Below the pieces are notes generated by a model. That model saw nothing but the letters and a program-made list of their open reading frames with translations. It did no database searches and was not told the DNA's origin. The position numbers and the translations under genes are program-made. From Eledone cirrhosa (lineage: Eukaryota), in the NCBI GenBank assembly GCA_964016885.1, contig OZ024743.1, positions 158,534,001-158,598,000 on the forward strand: a DNA stretch of 64,000 nt, given 5' to 3'. This document shows, in pieces, positions 41,771 through 55,850 of this stretch (positions are counted from its first letter, which is position 1; every line of letters starts with the position of its first letter).

Positions 41771-43063
41771 TATAATATGCATACACACATGCAGAATATG
41801 AAGTGGCTTCTGTTCACTTTAAATGAACAATATTTATTTCAATGTTTCTGGAGAAAAAAAATGCTCTTTCATTAATTAAAACAATATTTTTTTGATTAGC
41901 AATACATAACATAAATATCTACAGTTATAATGAAAATAATGAACCCAGGTTCAATTCTTTGAAAATAATTTGTGTAATAGGAAATTTGTAGAACAAAAAC
42001 AACATTGAGAATTATTACTTGACACACAATTTACTGAGCTGAGCCTATTTCTGACCATATTTCCAATGAAATATACTATGTTTCAATTAATGTTTACAAT
42101 AATCAACGGAAAGAAAGAAAAAAGTCAATTTTACCAGATTAAACCAAGGAAACTGTGTTTCTATTGGGCTTTCCATTACTGAGGCTATCTGTTGGCCAAT
42201 ATCTTTTCGCTGATATTATCTGATGGCTGGTCCTATCTGATGGCTGGTCCTATCTGTTGGCTGATACTATCTGCTGGGATTTGATTTCAGAATGTCCAGA
42301 GTTGGAAAAGGCATCCTATTCTTTACTCTTTAAAACAATTTTGCTAATTCATTACCCTTAGATTAGCACTTTATTTATTGAGCTTGAAAGAATGAAAGAC
42401 AAAGTTGGCCCTGGAATAATGAACTATTTGGAGTAATTGAATAAAAAAAATCAAATTTCTTTACTATTTGTATTTGGATCATAATTTAGCAAATTCTTAC
42501 ATGCAATTATGATGTGAAGTTTTAATTCAGAAATGAACACTGTAAAACAGACATAATTGTTTCCTAGACAGGTTAATATAAAAAAAGGTTAAATATGTAT
42601 AATATATATTTAGCTTCTATGCAATATTCTGAATATATTCATGACTTAGAGTGAATTAAGTTTCTATGGAAACTCAGCTAAGAAATTACTTACTGATAGA
42701 AAGAGAAGAGAAGCTGAATCGACTATCAGAGGTTTTCAGATCATTGATCTTTTTTATCATATTATTACATATCATTACACATTGTACAGGTTAAAACATT
42801 ACTGCTTTCAGTATGATATTTTGTTGTTTCCGCTACCTGGTCCCTATCATTAAAACACTCAAGAAACCCTATAAGATGCATTGTTGAAGTAGCCAGCTAA
42901 ATTTATATAGGTGTAAGTTGTAAATTTCATTTCATTCTTATTTTTCACTTATTTTTCCATGCATTTATTTATCATATTCAATTAGTTTGGTGTGAATCAT
43001 GATTTTCAGAACAGGTACATCTAACCATGCTAGCATGGAAGAGTGAATATAAAAACGATATAT

Positions 43064-43095
<32 letters not shown>

Positions 43096-43109
43096 ATGTG
43101 TGTGTGTAA

Positions 43110-43392
43110 AGATGCTCTTTGGTCATGAATGACCATGGGATTTGCACTGAGAAAACTCCCCTCCAAGGCACAAGTTGTCCAAGCATACCAGTCTCCCCTC
43201 TCCACACCAAGGAAAAGGCAATGGCCGATAAAACTAGGCACCTGTGATGTCGCAACTCATTTCTACAGCTGAGTAAACTGGAGCAATGTGAAATAAAGTG
43301 TCTTGCTCAAGGACACAACACATCACCTGGTCTGAGAACCGAACTCACAATCTCCCGATTGGAAGCCCAATGCTCTAACCATTAAGCCATGT
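43110..43392 (-). mobile_element. SINE with the same tRNA/CORE-like head but a different 3' half
   Basis: 43255-43392 matches the heads at 24470-24610 and 33670-33810. The downstream body is unrelated to the RTE tail. Confidence 0.7.
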
Positions 43393-46300
43393 CGTAGATA
43401 TATGTACACACACACACACACAATATATATATAAGGGAGATAATTCATATCAGCTGTGTTTTTTCAATGAAAGCTGCCGGCTAATACGGTATATTGTTAT
43501 TAATAATTTAGTGTTAAAAAGCGTGAAAAAAAAAATTGCCATGAAAAAAGCCATAAAAAAAAATAATCCCAGAAGATATTTACGATTCCTCGAATATGCA
43601 GTGATTTCCATGAACAATTATTAGTTAGATTCTAAGGGAAATTCCGTGAATAATCGGGACCACGAATGGTGGGGGTACACTATATATATATATGTGCGTG
43701 CAGGTATAGCTGTGTGGTTAGGATGGATTTGATCTTTTTGCATGGCACCTTAGACGAGTATCTTTTATCATAGCTTCATTTTGACAATACTTTGTGAGTT
43801 GTATTTAGTTGTTGGAAGCTGTGCAAAAATCCATAATGTGTGTGTGTGCATGTGTAGTGTTTGTGTCCATTATTGTGTCTGCTTTTATGTTTATTGGTGT
43901 AAAACTGGTGCTTTGTTAAAAAGTGTAACTTAGTGATTCAATGAGAGAAATGGGTACTAGGCTGATTTGATTGCTTGTTACTTGAAGTACATGGAAGTGG
44001 GTAAAAAGAGGAAGAGAGACATGGGTGAAAAGAGAATGAGATGTGAGGAAGGGGGAGAGAGAGAGAGGGAGAGAGAAATGCAGAGAAAAATGTAGATGAG
44101 AAACAAATGGAGAAGATAGATGAGAAAGAGAGGGATTTGGGGGAAAGAAGGAGTGAAAAAACTAAACAAAAATATAAAAACAATTTGCCTGAATAAGCAC
44201 ATTCCATAAAGGGAACCAGTTATGTAAGATTGAAGAAAGATTGAGCATGTTGTGAGGATAGGTGTGATTATGGAGAGAGACTTAAATATAGGAGATGAGG
44301 TCTGTAACATTTGACTTTCAAGACCATGAAATAGTCTAGTGCAAACAGGTTGAACTGATAAATAAGTAAAAAGGTAAACAGACGAGTTCTCAGGCTTCTG
44401 CTTTTCTAATTTCACATTCTCTTTGCACTGGTGGTTTATGAATAAATTTATTGGTTGTTGGGGTTTCACCAAGTCAGCTTTGATCCAGTAGACCTATGAT
44501 CAAAGGCATTCCTGTTTTGACCGTTTTAGTATTTTTGTACATCAATGTACAAAATGTTACCTTAACCTGGCCAAAACTGGTTTTTATTCTATGAAACAAA
44601 CCACTCATTTTTAAGAGTTCCTATATAAAATAAAGTCATCCAACCTAATTTTAATATAAGAACCATTCATTAAGTTACAATTTTAGTAAAGAAATCATCA
44701 TTATAATCATCATTTTACATCTGTTTTTCCATGCTTGCATGGGTTAGATGGGTCCTCACTAGCACAGTCTTCCTCTACTCAACGTTCCTTTGTCATCTCC
44801 TCTGTGAGGTTCAGTGTTTTGAAATCGGCTCTAACCACCTCTGCCCAGAATTTTCTCTGTCTCCTTCAACTGCAACTTCCTTCCACCAACATCTTCTGAC
44901 ACCTCTTCACCTAGCAATCATCATCCATATGCATCAACTGTACATACCAGTGCAATCTTGTCTCTCGCACACTACATCTGATTCTTGATACCCAGTTTTT
45001 CTTTCAGTTCATCCATACCTCCTCATTCATGCACATTAATGTTACACTTCCAATGGAGCATGTTTGCTTCGTTTTTATCCAGCCTCACTATATCCTTTAC
45101 ATTTACCACCTATGTTTCACTGTCATGCAACGTTGCACTTTTCATGCAGGCATCATGTAATCTACCCTTCAATCCCTCAAAGTTCTTCAATAATTAATTG
45201 AAATACAGTATATTTCATTAGAAATATGGTCATGAAAGAGTCAAGATAGGTGTAAATTGAAGAGGATTTGGCTACTATTTTTAGAAAGTTGAGCTGTCAT
45301 GTGTATATGTGTGAATCAACAAGTGCATGTGAAATTAAATCTGTTAGTCCACAGTATCTGTAGTCTGTTTCTTATTGGCTCAGTCTGCTTTACTGTAAAT
45401 AGGAACCATGTGCCATAGGAAGAGTTTGATGCTATAAAGATTTAAAGTATTGTTGTTATTATTGTTTAGCCCTAGGCCCACTCTCAATTAACAGAGTTAT
45501 GATCCAAAATGTTCCAACAGTAACCATCTTTGCTTTTCTCTGGACTAGGTTCTCTCGGTGATATGAGGATTTGGCTACTATTTTTAGTAGGTTCCGTGTT
45601 CAAATAGTGCCTCCTTCTTTTAATTGTATGATTAATTTCTTACATAGTCACAATAGATCAAATTTAGGGATGGGTTTAGTCAGTTATATTGTCTCTAGTA
45701 CTTAAAACTGGTAGTTATTATGGAAGTGTTGATGTAGGATTTAAAATCATAACTTAAAGGCATGCACTTAAATACCACAAGATATTTTGTATGATAGTGC
45801 TGGTGATCTACACAATAAAAGCACCCAGTACACGCTGTAAAGTGGTTCGTGTTAAGAAGGGCATCCAGCCGTAGAAAGCTTGCCAAAGGAGGGGTTAGGA
45901 GGATCATTCAGTTTGTATCAAAGGACTTGACAGCTTCTCTGCACTTTACAATGACTGTATGTAAGTGGGATACAGACCTCCTTGGCCTGTCTGGGACATC
46001 AGTGGCTCTGCTTCAGTTCTGACTTGGTCTATGTAACTCCGTCCAATTCTTGCTGATAGGGAAAGTGGACATTAAATGATGATGATTCAACTGTTTTTAC
46101 TAAGGATGTACTGATAAATTGACCAATTATCAATTACCTATTAATTGGCCATACCTTATTAGCTGATTTCAATTAATTGGCCATCAATTATCTATGAGGT
46201 AATTATATATTGTGTTATAGAAATGTGTATTATAATTAATTGTAAGTAATATATTGCAATATTTCATACTTAATTACAATTATGGAGCTACTATTTGAGA

Positions 46301-46989
46301 GAACATGACTACAAAATTAAGCCATCTCTATTTTTTGTTGGCATTGAACTGCATCATTTAACAGCACAACCTTTTGTACACAACATGTCCAACATTCTGT
46401 AACTACACATAGGTTTCCATTTTGTTTAATCATTGTGTGGCCATAACACTAACATGTGTAGTCTGAGTGGTTTGACACTAACATAAAACCAAAAGTAACA
46501 CTAACATAACACTAACATAAAACCAAAAGTAAAAAAAATAATCACAGTTAATCAAACATACATAGAAGGCAACTTTTAACATGTCTATTAAAATATTTGT
46601 TGTTAGCTTAAATTTGATTGGTAAATTAACAGGAATCATTATTGCTGAAAATAATTTCAAATACCTTTTAATAAATATTAATTTTTATATTAATTCCTTT
46701 TTAAATCATATATGCTCTCAAGAGGTTAGGAGAGTTTTTCTTTTATTTTGATATCCTTTAACCTACAGGGAGTTAATGTCTCTTGTGCAGTCCCAAGTAA
46801 TTTTTAGTTGTGTAGATGAGCACCAGGAATACAGTTATATTATACTGGTGGGCTTCAATTGTTTGTTCTAAGAAATATGTTATGTATTCTACATGTTGAA
46901 TTCAATGTGTTTTCCGAATTTCTCTCTCACATATGGTTTTCTTGCTCACTGATTTCTTTACTGGCCACTGGGGTGGCTGATTATCAACC

Positions 46990-47427
46990 TCCTCCTCCTC
47001 CTCATTCCTGAGAGGGTTGTGGAGGAAGAGTCCCTCAAACACTCCTTCCAACAGGTCCTGTCAGAAGCATCTGTGTCCAGCTGATCCGGCTGGATCTCCA
47101 AGCCAAACCAGCTCATGGATGTTATTCAACTATCTTGCTCGGGGTCTACCCTTGGGTTTCCTGCTGGTTGTTTTTGTCCATAAAATCTGTCCAGCGATTC
47201 TTTCTTGAGACATTTTAACCACATGCCCATAGTATCGGAGCTATGATCTCTCAATTCAGAGAAGTAGCGGGTCTACCTGGAGTGACTCTCTGATCTCTGA
47301 GCTATGCACTTTATCGAGTAACATTACTTCAAAGAATGTTACTCAATAGAGTGTGTAGCACAGAGATGAGTCACTCCAGGCAGAGCTGTTACTTATCCGA
47401 ATATAGAGATCATAGCTCCGATACTAT
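46990..47427 (-). mobile_element. Rex3/Expander-like RTE 3' fragment with an inverted 5' segment
   Basis: Homologous to 50800-51145. 47335-47427 is an inverted, diverged copy of 47229-47325. Confidence 0.75.
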
Positions 47428-47904
47428 TAAAACCTGTTAATTGACAAAAAAGCCAAAACTGATTAATCGGCAAAATGGTTGCTATCATCGTTTAACGTCC
47501 ATCATTCTATGCGAGCATGGCTTAGACAGATTGGTTTCTATGGCTGGATGCCTTTTCTAACACCAACCACATTTACAGTGTGGACTGGGGCTGATTATTG
47601 GTGCAACTGTATGATTTAACAGATACTTCATAAACTTGTCATAGTTTAAATTTTGAGTTCTTTAGACAGGGCAACAAAAAGCCATTCACAGTACTCATCC
47701 ACACAGTAGAGTCTCCAAATTGTTTCAGTCAGCTGTAACATTGGATATGGTTTCTGTTTTTTTTTTTTATATTATGGCCCATGTGTGATAATTTCTACAG
47801 TAATATCAATTCCATGTCAAAATAATTATTACATGAGTAGCTAAAATTAACTAAGGCAAAATTTGAAATATCTTTTTCTGAATTATGAGAAAATTGATAA
47901 TAAT

Positions 47905-48087
47905 TGTTTCTACTTTTGGCACAAGGCCAGCAATTATCCAGTGCATTACTGGTACTTTATTTTATCGACCCCGTAAGGATGAAAGGCAAAGTTAACCTCG
48001 GCGGGATTTGAACTCAAACCATAAAGGGGCGTAACTCTTTGCTGCAAAGCATGGCGTCAGACCCTCTACCGATACTGCCAATCCACC
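47905..48087 (-). mobile_element. Meta-like tRNA SINE
   Basis: 18-bp TSD GAGAAAATTGATAATAAT at 47887-47904 and 48088-48105. Confidence 0.88.
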
Positions 48088-48571
48088 GAGAAAATTGATA
48101 ATAATGTGTGTGTAAATATTTGTATGTATGTATGATATGTGCTTGGAAAGATATTTTATCTTTGCATAACATACATTCCAAAGTAGTACAGTACATAATA
48201 GAGATATTGAAAGCAATACCTGATAATGACCATTGCTGACTGTGTATGACTAGTTTAATAGTAACTAGGGATTGGGTTGCATGCAGTTTGAGAGAGACTT
48301 TCACTTATCAGCACCTCATGTTTTCTTTCCTGGTGAGGGATTAAATATATTAATGACAGAGTAAGGCGTCAATTTGACTCCTACCCCACCCTTTACACAG
48401 TAGCTTGCTGAATCTAAATACTTATAGTATTTCAATTTATTACTTTATAGTATTTTTTCCGTCAGAGTTATTAATAAAATAATTAACAGTACTGTATAAG
48501 CAAAAGGATTTAAGGAAAAGCTGTAAGACATCAAGCCCAGCCAGAAAGCTACTGTCAATTTATTCTATCAT

Positions 48572-49229
48572 TCATCATCATCATCATCATCATCAACGTT
48601 TAACGTCCGTGTTCCACGCTTGCATGGGTTTGGACGGGGGTTTTCCCACTTGAGGCAAGAGTGATTGTGTTGCTCGCATAGGACTGTCTGGCAGGTTTTC
48701 TACAGTTGGATGCCCTTCCTAACACCAAGCACATTTACAGTGTGGGTCTGGGAGGTTTTTACCGTGTTGCCTACATGCCCACATTACAGCGTGGACTGTG
48801 TGTTTTTTTGTCGTGATACCCACACGATCTCATTTGTTTCGGCCTGGATGGTGTGGCACCAACATAACTTTACATAGAAGGGGGCGGTGTGGTGGGGTGG
48901 GGGTGGTTGGACGGGGGTGTATTTTGCTAGAGATGCCTACTGACTGTAATAGGTTTTACTTTGTATTTAGGTAAGGCGGGTCTTCTCTATTACTGAGTAC
49001 CGCCAAAGGTCTCGGTCCAGTGACATTGTCTTGGTGAGGTGTAAGTGTGTGAGGTCGGAGTTTATCAGCTCGTCCCAGGTTTTTCTGGGTTTGCCTATTC
49101 CGTGGCTACCGTCTATCTTTATTGCCCTGCACTTTGTTATACAGCTATCGTCCTTCATGCGCATCACGTGACCATACCAACGTAGCCTTCTCTCTAGTAA
49201 ACAACATCTGATCCCTCTTATTTCTAATT
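48572..49229 (-). mobile_element. RTE LINE 3' fragment (copy D)
   Basis: IRGIRCCLLERRLRWYGHVMRMKDD...KTRLT* followed by the 3' UTR and (GAT)n tail. Confidence 0.92.
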
Positions 49230-49445
49230 TCATTCTGAACAAAAAAAAGTTGATTAGTGTCTAGTTAAAATAAATCATCTTTTTGATCAACAAAATAAAC
49301 TCCTAATTAATTGAAACTATGCTTGAGTTTTGGTTTCAGTTGAAACTGTTTTATTATATTTAAACTATAATAAAGTAAGGAGTGTGGGACTGCGTCCAGA
49401 ATATATTTTTTTATAAAATAAGTTGGATTACTTTGAATAAATAAT

Positions 49446-49629
49446 TGTTTCTACTTTAGGCACAAGGCCAGCAATTAACCAGTGCATTACTGGTACTTTA
49501 TTTTATCGACCCCGTAAGGATGAAAGGCAAAGTCAACCTTGGCGGGATTTGAATTCAGACTGTAAAGGGACGTAACTATGCTGGAAAGCATGGCGTCCGA
49601 CTCTCTACCGATACTGCCAATCCACCACC
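49446..49629 (-). mobile_element. Meta-like tRNA SINE
   Basis: 16-bp TSD ACTTTGAATAAATAAT at 49430-49445 and 49630-49645. Confidence 0.88.
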
Positions 49630-49987
49630 ACTTTGAATAAATAATGAATGAATATTACATAATTTATCTACTAAATTTCGTTATTCTTGATTAAATATAA
49701 ATAATTTTGTTGCTTATTTTAAGATTCACTTCTTTAAAATGTTCAAATGTTCACACTTCTGGTTAGCGATCGGTTAAATAAACATTCACATATTTCCGTC
49801 ACTAATTTTCTCCTAATGCAGATTATATATAATATCGTCTTTTTTTAATGTATCATGAATTACGTTACTGATTACATAAGAGAGTGTAACGCAGTCTTCG
49901 TTCAATTTCTGTGTATATTGTCAATTACGATTTTATTTGATGTATCATATCTACATGCGTATAATATCAATATGCACACTACACATG

Positions 49988-50025
49988 CTAGCAGAAAACC
50001 ACCCGAAGGGTGGTTTTTCTGCTAG
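49988..50025. repeat. 38-bp hairpin with CTAG at both ends
   Basis: CTAGCAGAAAACCACCC-GAA-GGGTGGTTTTTCTGCTAG. Confidence 0.9.
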
Positions 50026-50789
50026 TAGTGGTAATGTTGTCAATATGAATAAATCAATTAATAAAAGCACTACACAGTGATAGGATTAATTAATGAATTC
50101 AGTGCCGACTCTTGAACATATATGAAAATTAGACAAACCAATTTAATTTTGTCTGAATTTGTGTATAATATAAAAATAGCTATAAGTTAGTATCCTCTCT
50201 ATGAGCAGGAATGAGCCACTGATTTCTGATGAGGTGCTAACAAGTGCTGAAACTGATTTCTTTTTCTATCCACACACAGAAAAATTTGTAATTTAATCTG
50301 AGCGTTTATTTTTCTCAGCAAGACTGGGGCAAAAGCTTGAAAATCAATTGATGGAATGTACCACCAAGATATAACTTTATGATGGTCTACAAAAATTAAC
50401 TAAAAAAATAGCAGGTCATATATGATGAATCTTGATGAAATAGTCGCAAATCTGGTGCTATGGCAGCCAACACATGGGTAAGTTAAATATGGGAAGCCCC
50501 AAATGGAACATATAAGCAAAACAATTACCTGACCAGTCTAGACACTGCATGTGACAGCCATCTAACTGATGCAATTATAGGAAATAGATGTTAAATGGGG
50601 ATGATGATGTTGAATATACCATTCAGTTTAGAGGTTCAATAGGTGAATATCTGTGGAATAAATACCATTCTTAAAATATAAGAGATGGCAGCAAAGAAGG
50701 CATCTAGCTATCTGCTTCAAAAAGTTCTAGCCATCCCATGTCGGTATGGAAAGCAGACATAAACACGATGACGATGATGATGTAATACA

Positions 50790-51504
50790 TATGTCTTCTT
50801 CGCCCACATATTCCTGAGAGGGTGATAGGGGCAGAGTACACAAACACTCCTTCCAGCGGGCCCTGTTAGAAGCAACCATTTCCAGCTGGTCCTGCTGGAC
50901 CCCCAAGCAAGATGAGCCGAGCACAATGATGTTATCCAACCATCTTGTGTGGGATCTATCCTTGGGTCTCTTGCCGGTTGGTTTTTGCCTGTAAAATCTG
51001 TCCAGTGATTCTTTCCTGAGATATTCTAACCACATGCTGATAGTATTGGAGCTGTGATCTCTCAATTCAAAGTAGTGGTGGCTATACCTGGAGTGACTCT
51101 CTGATCTCTGAGCTGCGCACTCTATCAAGTAATGTTACTTCAAAGACCCTTCGGAGGAAACCCATTTTGGCCGCTTTTATTCACGATTGTATTCTTTCGG
51201 TCATTACCCAAGATTCATGACCATAGGTAAGGTTTGGCATGAATGCTGAATTGAAGATAGCAAGTTTGGCTTTTATGCCTACCTTCCTTCTTCTGATTAC
51301 CAAATACTGAAGATGGAGCATTACTGCACCAGCTCCTGCAATTCTTGCACTTAATTCAGCCTCCTGCCTTCCATCATTTATGAACATTGCCTCAAGATAC
51401 TTGAACTTCTGTACCTGTTTCAGTCGAACTCCATACATAGTGCACTGAGCAGGGTCCCTTGATAGGATGAGTGTATCAGTTTTTGTAGCACTTAACTTTA
51501 GCAT
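50790..51504 (-). mobile_element. Rex3/Expander-like RTE 3' fragment
   Basis: KQVQKFKYL...AKLAIFNSAFMPNLTYGHESWVMTER...GKRPKDRSHTRWLD. Confidence 0.85.
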
Positions 51505-51576
51505 CGCGTGCTAAGTGACCCAAAAAGCTACTGAAATTATTGAATAAACTCTCTCTCTCGTCCTCCCTCTCTCTCT

Positions 51577-51613
<37 letters not shown>

Positions 51614-53574
51614 ACCCTTGCAAGCAGGGAAAAGCGGACGTAAAATGAAATGATGATGATATATATATATACACACACACGCACACCTATATATGATTAA
51701 GGGCTAAACAGCAACAAAATACATCACTTATATTGTTGTTTTTGTTTACACCCTGACCTGCATTGATTGAACCAGCCATGACAATTTCATCCCATCCCAT
51801 TGTTTTTTTTTATTACTCAGATACAGTGTATCCAATGCAACATTATTCAATGCATCCATGCTTCATTTGTTTTTAAAGAATGTATGGTGGTGTGACTTGA
51901 GATTAATTTGGTTGTTATTTCTAGCATGCTGAACGACTAACTTATCAGCTGTCTCTCACCTTCATTTGTTGGCTTGGCCGCTATGTTGTAATTATTAGAA
52001 GATGCATTAGAAGCATATTTACAGAATGAATTGCTTTCCTTACTCTCCTCCCACCTCTTCTATGCTCTCCACCCTTACAGCCTCATCTTCTGTGCAATTT
52101 TATTATCCATGTCAAAAGCAAATAAAGTAAAAATAAAATAAAATATTCTGACTCACTTTAATTGATGATTGATGCAGAGGAGAGGTGGTGTTTTCTTGAT
52201 GATGATGATGGTGGTGGTCATATTTTTTAGAATGGTATTTGTATATTGTTTTATTATTTTTGTCTTTAGATTAGATTGTTGTTATTGTTGTCATTGCTGT
52301 CATAGTTGTTGGTTCTTCAGGCCCAAATCAGAGCTGATGAAGCAGACATAAGATCAAATGGCATTTAAGTCAAGACTATATTGTTGTTTTTTTGTTGTGG
52401 GAATTATGTAAACTGGACATTTAAAAAAAAAACCCTTTCATTATCATATTTTTAATAAAAAAATCACCATCTGTGATTTTTAAATCATTTTGAAAATAAT
52501 CAAGAATTTGGTGAGATTTAATTTTCTCATAATTAAACTGGTGTTTGGAACATAACTTAATGGTTCTTACATGAAATTACAACCTAATGTTTTTAGATAA
52601 ATATGAACATTTTAAAATAGACAACTTTGCATTATTTAACTAAAGGCGGTTTCAGGCTGTTTGATATATAAATGGTTAAAGATAATAGGGTGGTACAATC
52701 TGGAGATTTGTCTGCTATTACGAACAGAATAAGCGAACACATAGATGTTCCATTATTGGATTCTTTTTGTTACTATTTAGCTTTAAGCCATCCTTGATAG
52801 AGTAGACCTATGATGGCAGATACTCCAGCTGTGATTATTCCTGTCTTTTTAAGAGTCGGGTTATTTAGGGCTATATTATCTTATGTATCTTTTGCTTATT
52901 TAAGAAGGTAAGGGTGGTGTGATTTGAGTTAGTTTGCCTCATAATGACACTTGTTAATAGTAGTAGTTGTAGTAATGTATGTTTGGTTGTAGTTGGGGTG
53001 ATCCTAGTAATGCTTGTAATAGATGTGCAGTGATGCTAATGTTTGTATTTTGCCAGTAATGCTATTCATTGTGGTTGTAGTAGTGTCAGTAGTTGCAATG
53101 GTAATAGTAGTAGTAAGTAGTGTTAGAACACTGCTGATGTAGTGGCAGCAACAGTCATACTTGTCATATTTTTGGCAGGATGTTTCTGGCTGGATGCCCT
53201 TCCTATCACCAACAACTTCACAATGTTGACTGGATGCATTATTTGTCCGATCAGCACGAGAGAGGTTGTTTTACTGGACTCAAGAGTCCTCTCCACCCTG
53301 TATCAGTTTTTATTTGGAGTATCTACTCTCCTATATGGGTTGCCTTCACTACGGCATACAGAGCTCTATGTCTGCCCTGTAGTTGTAGTGCTTAAAAATC
53401 AGAAAACAACAAAGACCCCCCAAAAATGTAGCAAAATGCATCAAACAATATCAAAACAGTCAAAAACAACCACCACCACCACCACACACAAATAATTACT
53501 CCTACCACCACCACAAGAACAATAATCACCACCATTTACAGCTGAACATGTTATACAAAAAAAAAAAAAAAAAA

Positions 53575-53790
53575 ATGAACGTTTTTACATAAACTAAACA
53601 TGTTTTACAAGAGATAAACATGTTTTATAAGTGCTAAACATATCTTGACAAGAATTAAGAGTATTTCTTACATGAACTAAGCATGTTTGTACAAGAGCTA
53701 AATATGTTTTTTACAAGGGCTGAACTTCGAGTTTATAGAGTTGATCAGGTTTTTTACAAGTGCTAAATGTTAGTTTATAAGATTTAATTG
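53575..53790. repeat. Degenerate 21-22 bp tandem repeat, about 9-10 units
   Basis: Unit close to CTAAACATGTTTTACAAGAG. Confidence 0.7.
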
Positions 53791-54644
53791 TACTTTTACA
53801 GTCCTTTTTGGCATGTATTAATTTATATTTGTAATTCTGTCTAAGCATGCATGAATGGAATTCAAACACCCACACATTCACTCATGCATGACTTTGTAGT
53901 CATCTTTATTCGATGTGGGTGTCTGTTCTTGTTAGTGTATGCATGGTGTATGTGTTATTAATATTCATGTGAACACAAGAACATTTCAGATTTGAATACA
54001 GAAGTGATTAATACAATGCTTGTGTAACTCATCACACAAGTATGAAGTAAACAAAGGGTGAAATATGGGCAGATAGGTATGAAATAGATGATAATAATGA
54101 TGATGAGAAGGAGGCTGACAATGATAAAGGCAACAATAATGTTGATGCTGATACTGATAAAGATGTCTTTGATCTAACATGGATATATTTCAAAGGCCCC
54201 AAATTCCTCAATCCCATTTTTATTGTTTGTATGTATTATATATATATATATTTTTTTTTCTGCATCAATATCAGCAATCACATTTTTGATGTTGTTCTCT
54301 GTCTGTAACTGCAAGAGTTTATATGTAGGTATTGATTAATACATTATAAAACAGGAAGGTGGGTGACAGAAATGGTAGGGTGTCGGATAAATTGCCTTAC
54401 AGTATTTGATATCCACTTGCATTTTGAGTTCAAATCTTGCTGAGGTTGACTTTGTCTTACGTCCTTCCATGGTTGATGAAAAATGTAACAATAAATTAAT
54501 TTGATTGCCCATTATATTCATCCAAAAGTTGTAACTTTGAAATGGTTCAGGATTGTCTATAGGATCTATTTGTCTTATAATATATATATATATATATATG
54601 TATAAGCATCTGGAATGGCAGGCCACACCATAGTCACCCATATA

Positions 54645-55850
54645 GTAAACAAAGTAATATAAAATGGGGTCATATCAAATGACTGGCATAACAGCATCAT
54701 CGTCAACTGCTACAAGGGCAAAGGAGATGCTCTAGATAGAGAAAACTATAGAGACATTAAGTTGGTTGACCATGGGAACTTCTGTATGCAGATGATCTAA
54801 CTCTCATAGCTGAATTATGGCAAAACTAGTGAAGAAATTCCAAACATGGAAGCTTGGCATAGAATCAAAAGGTCTTAAAGTTAACTTGTCTAAGACTAAA
54901 CTTTTGGTATGTAGAAAGGAAAATAGGGCCCAGATTCCCTCTAGGAAATGGCCCTGCTCAGTGTGCATGAAAGGAGTAGGTAGAAATTCCATTCTAAGTG
55001 AAAGCTATAGGTACATAAAAGATGTAGTGGGATCACAGGCAGGCTAGCAAAGAATGTAGGTTTTATATGTGGCTGATGCTCAGTTGCAGTAAGTAGCAAT
55101 TGCCCACAGGATACTTGCTCCTTCAAATGCCTGGATGGTTTGATAGAAATAGTAGACACTTTTCATTACCTGGGTGACAAGATCAGCAGTGGAAGAGGGT
55201 GTTCTGAAAGTATAGTAGCTAGAGTAAGAACGGGATGGAGAATGTTCAGAGAGCTAATACCGCTGTTAGCTACAAAAGGTTCTCCTCTCAAAATGAAGGG
55301 CACATTGTATGATGCATGTATACAAACACCAATGTCACATGGTAGAGAGACCTGGGCACTGTGTGCAGAGGACCTGTGAAGATTGGAAAGAAATGAAGCA
55401 TGCATGCTGTGATGGATGTGTAATATACACGAACGGCAAAGCATAAATGAACTGAGATAGAAATTAGGCATAAGAGAGATCAGATGCAGTAAACCAGAGA
55501 GGAGATTGCGATGGTATGGTCATGTGATGTGTATGAAGGATGACAGCTGTATAAAAATGTGCAAGGTGATCAAAATTGATGGAAGCTATGGAGTAGGAAG
55601 ACCCAGGAAGACCTGGGACGAGGTGATAAAAGCTGACCTTGCATAGTTGCACCTCTCAAAAACAATGATACAGGATTGAGATCTTTGACAATGCAGTAAT
55701 GCAGAAGACCCGCCTTCCTATGTGCAAGGACTCAAACATATATCTAGTAGGCACCTCTTAACCACTATACTCCCTTCCATACACCTCCCACACACCCATC
55801 TTCCCACCTCTGTCCACACCACCCTTACACTGTAAAGTTATTTATGTTGG
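54645..55850 (+). mobile_element. Degenerate RTE LINE (copy E) with an internal deletion
   Basis: Colinear with copies A and B. About 430 bp of RT is missing at 54770-54772, joined at a CCA microhomology. Many stops. Confidence 0.88.

Noticed and set aside
42659-42900. About 80-codon stop-free frame (FYGNSAKKLLTDRKRR...)
   Set aside because: No start, convincing splice sites or recognisable homology.
49988-50025. Bidirectional bacterial rho-independent terminator
   Set aside because: No prokaryotic genes nearby; a Helitron-like end fits better.
50310-50485. Apparent exon (TTTTCTCAG ... GGTAAGT)
   Set aside because: The translation (LYDGL..AGH..LVLWQPTHG..GKP) resembles the degenerate 3' end of an RTE-X-like LINE and contains stops.
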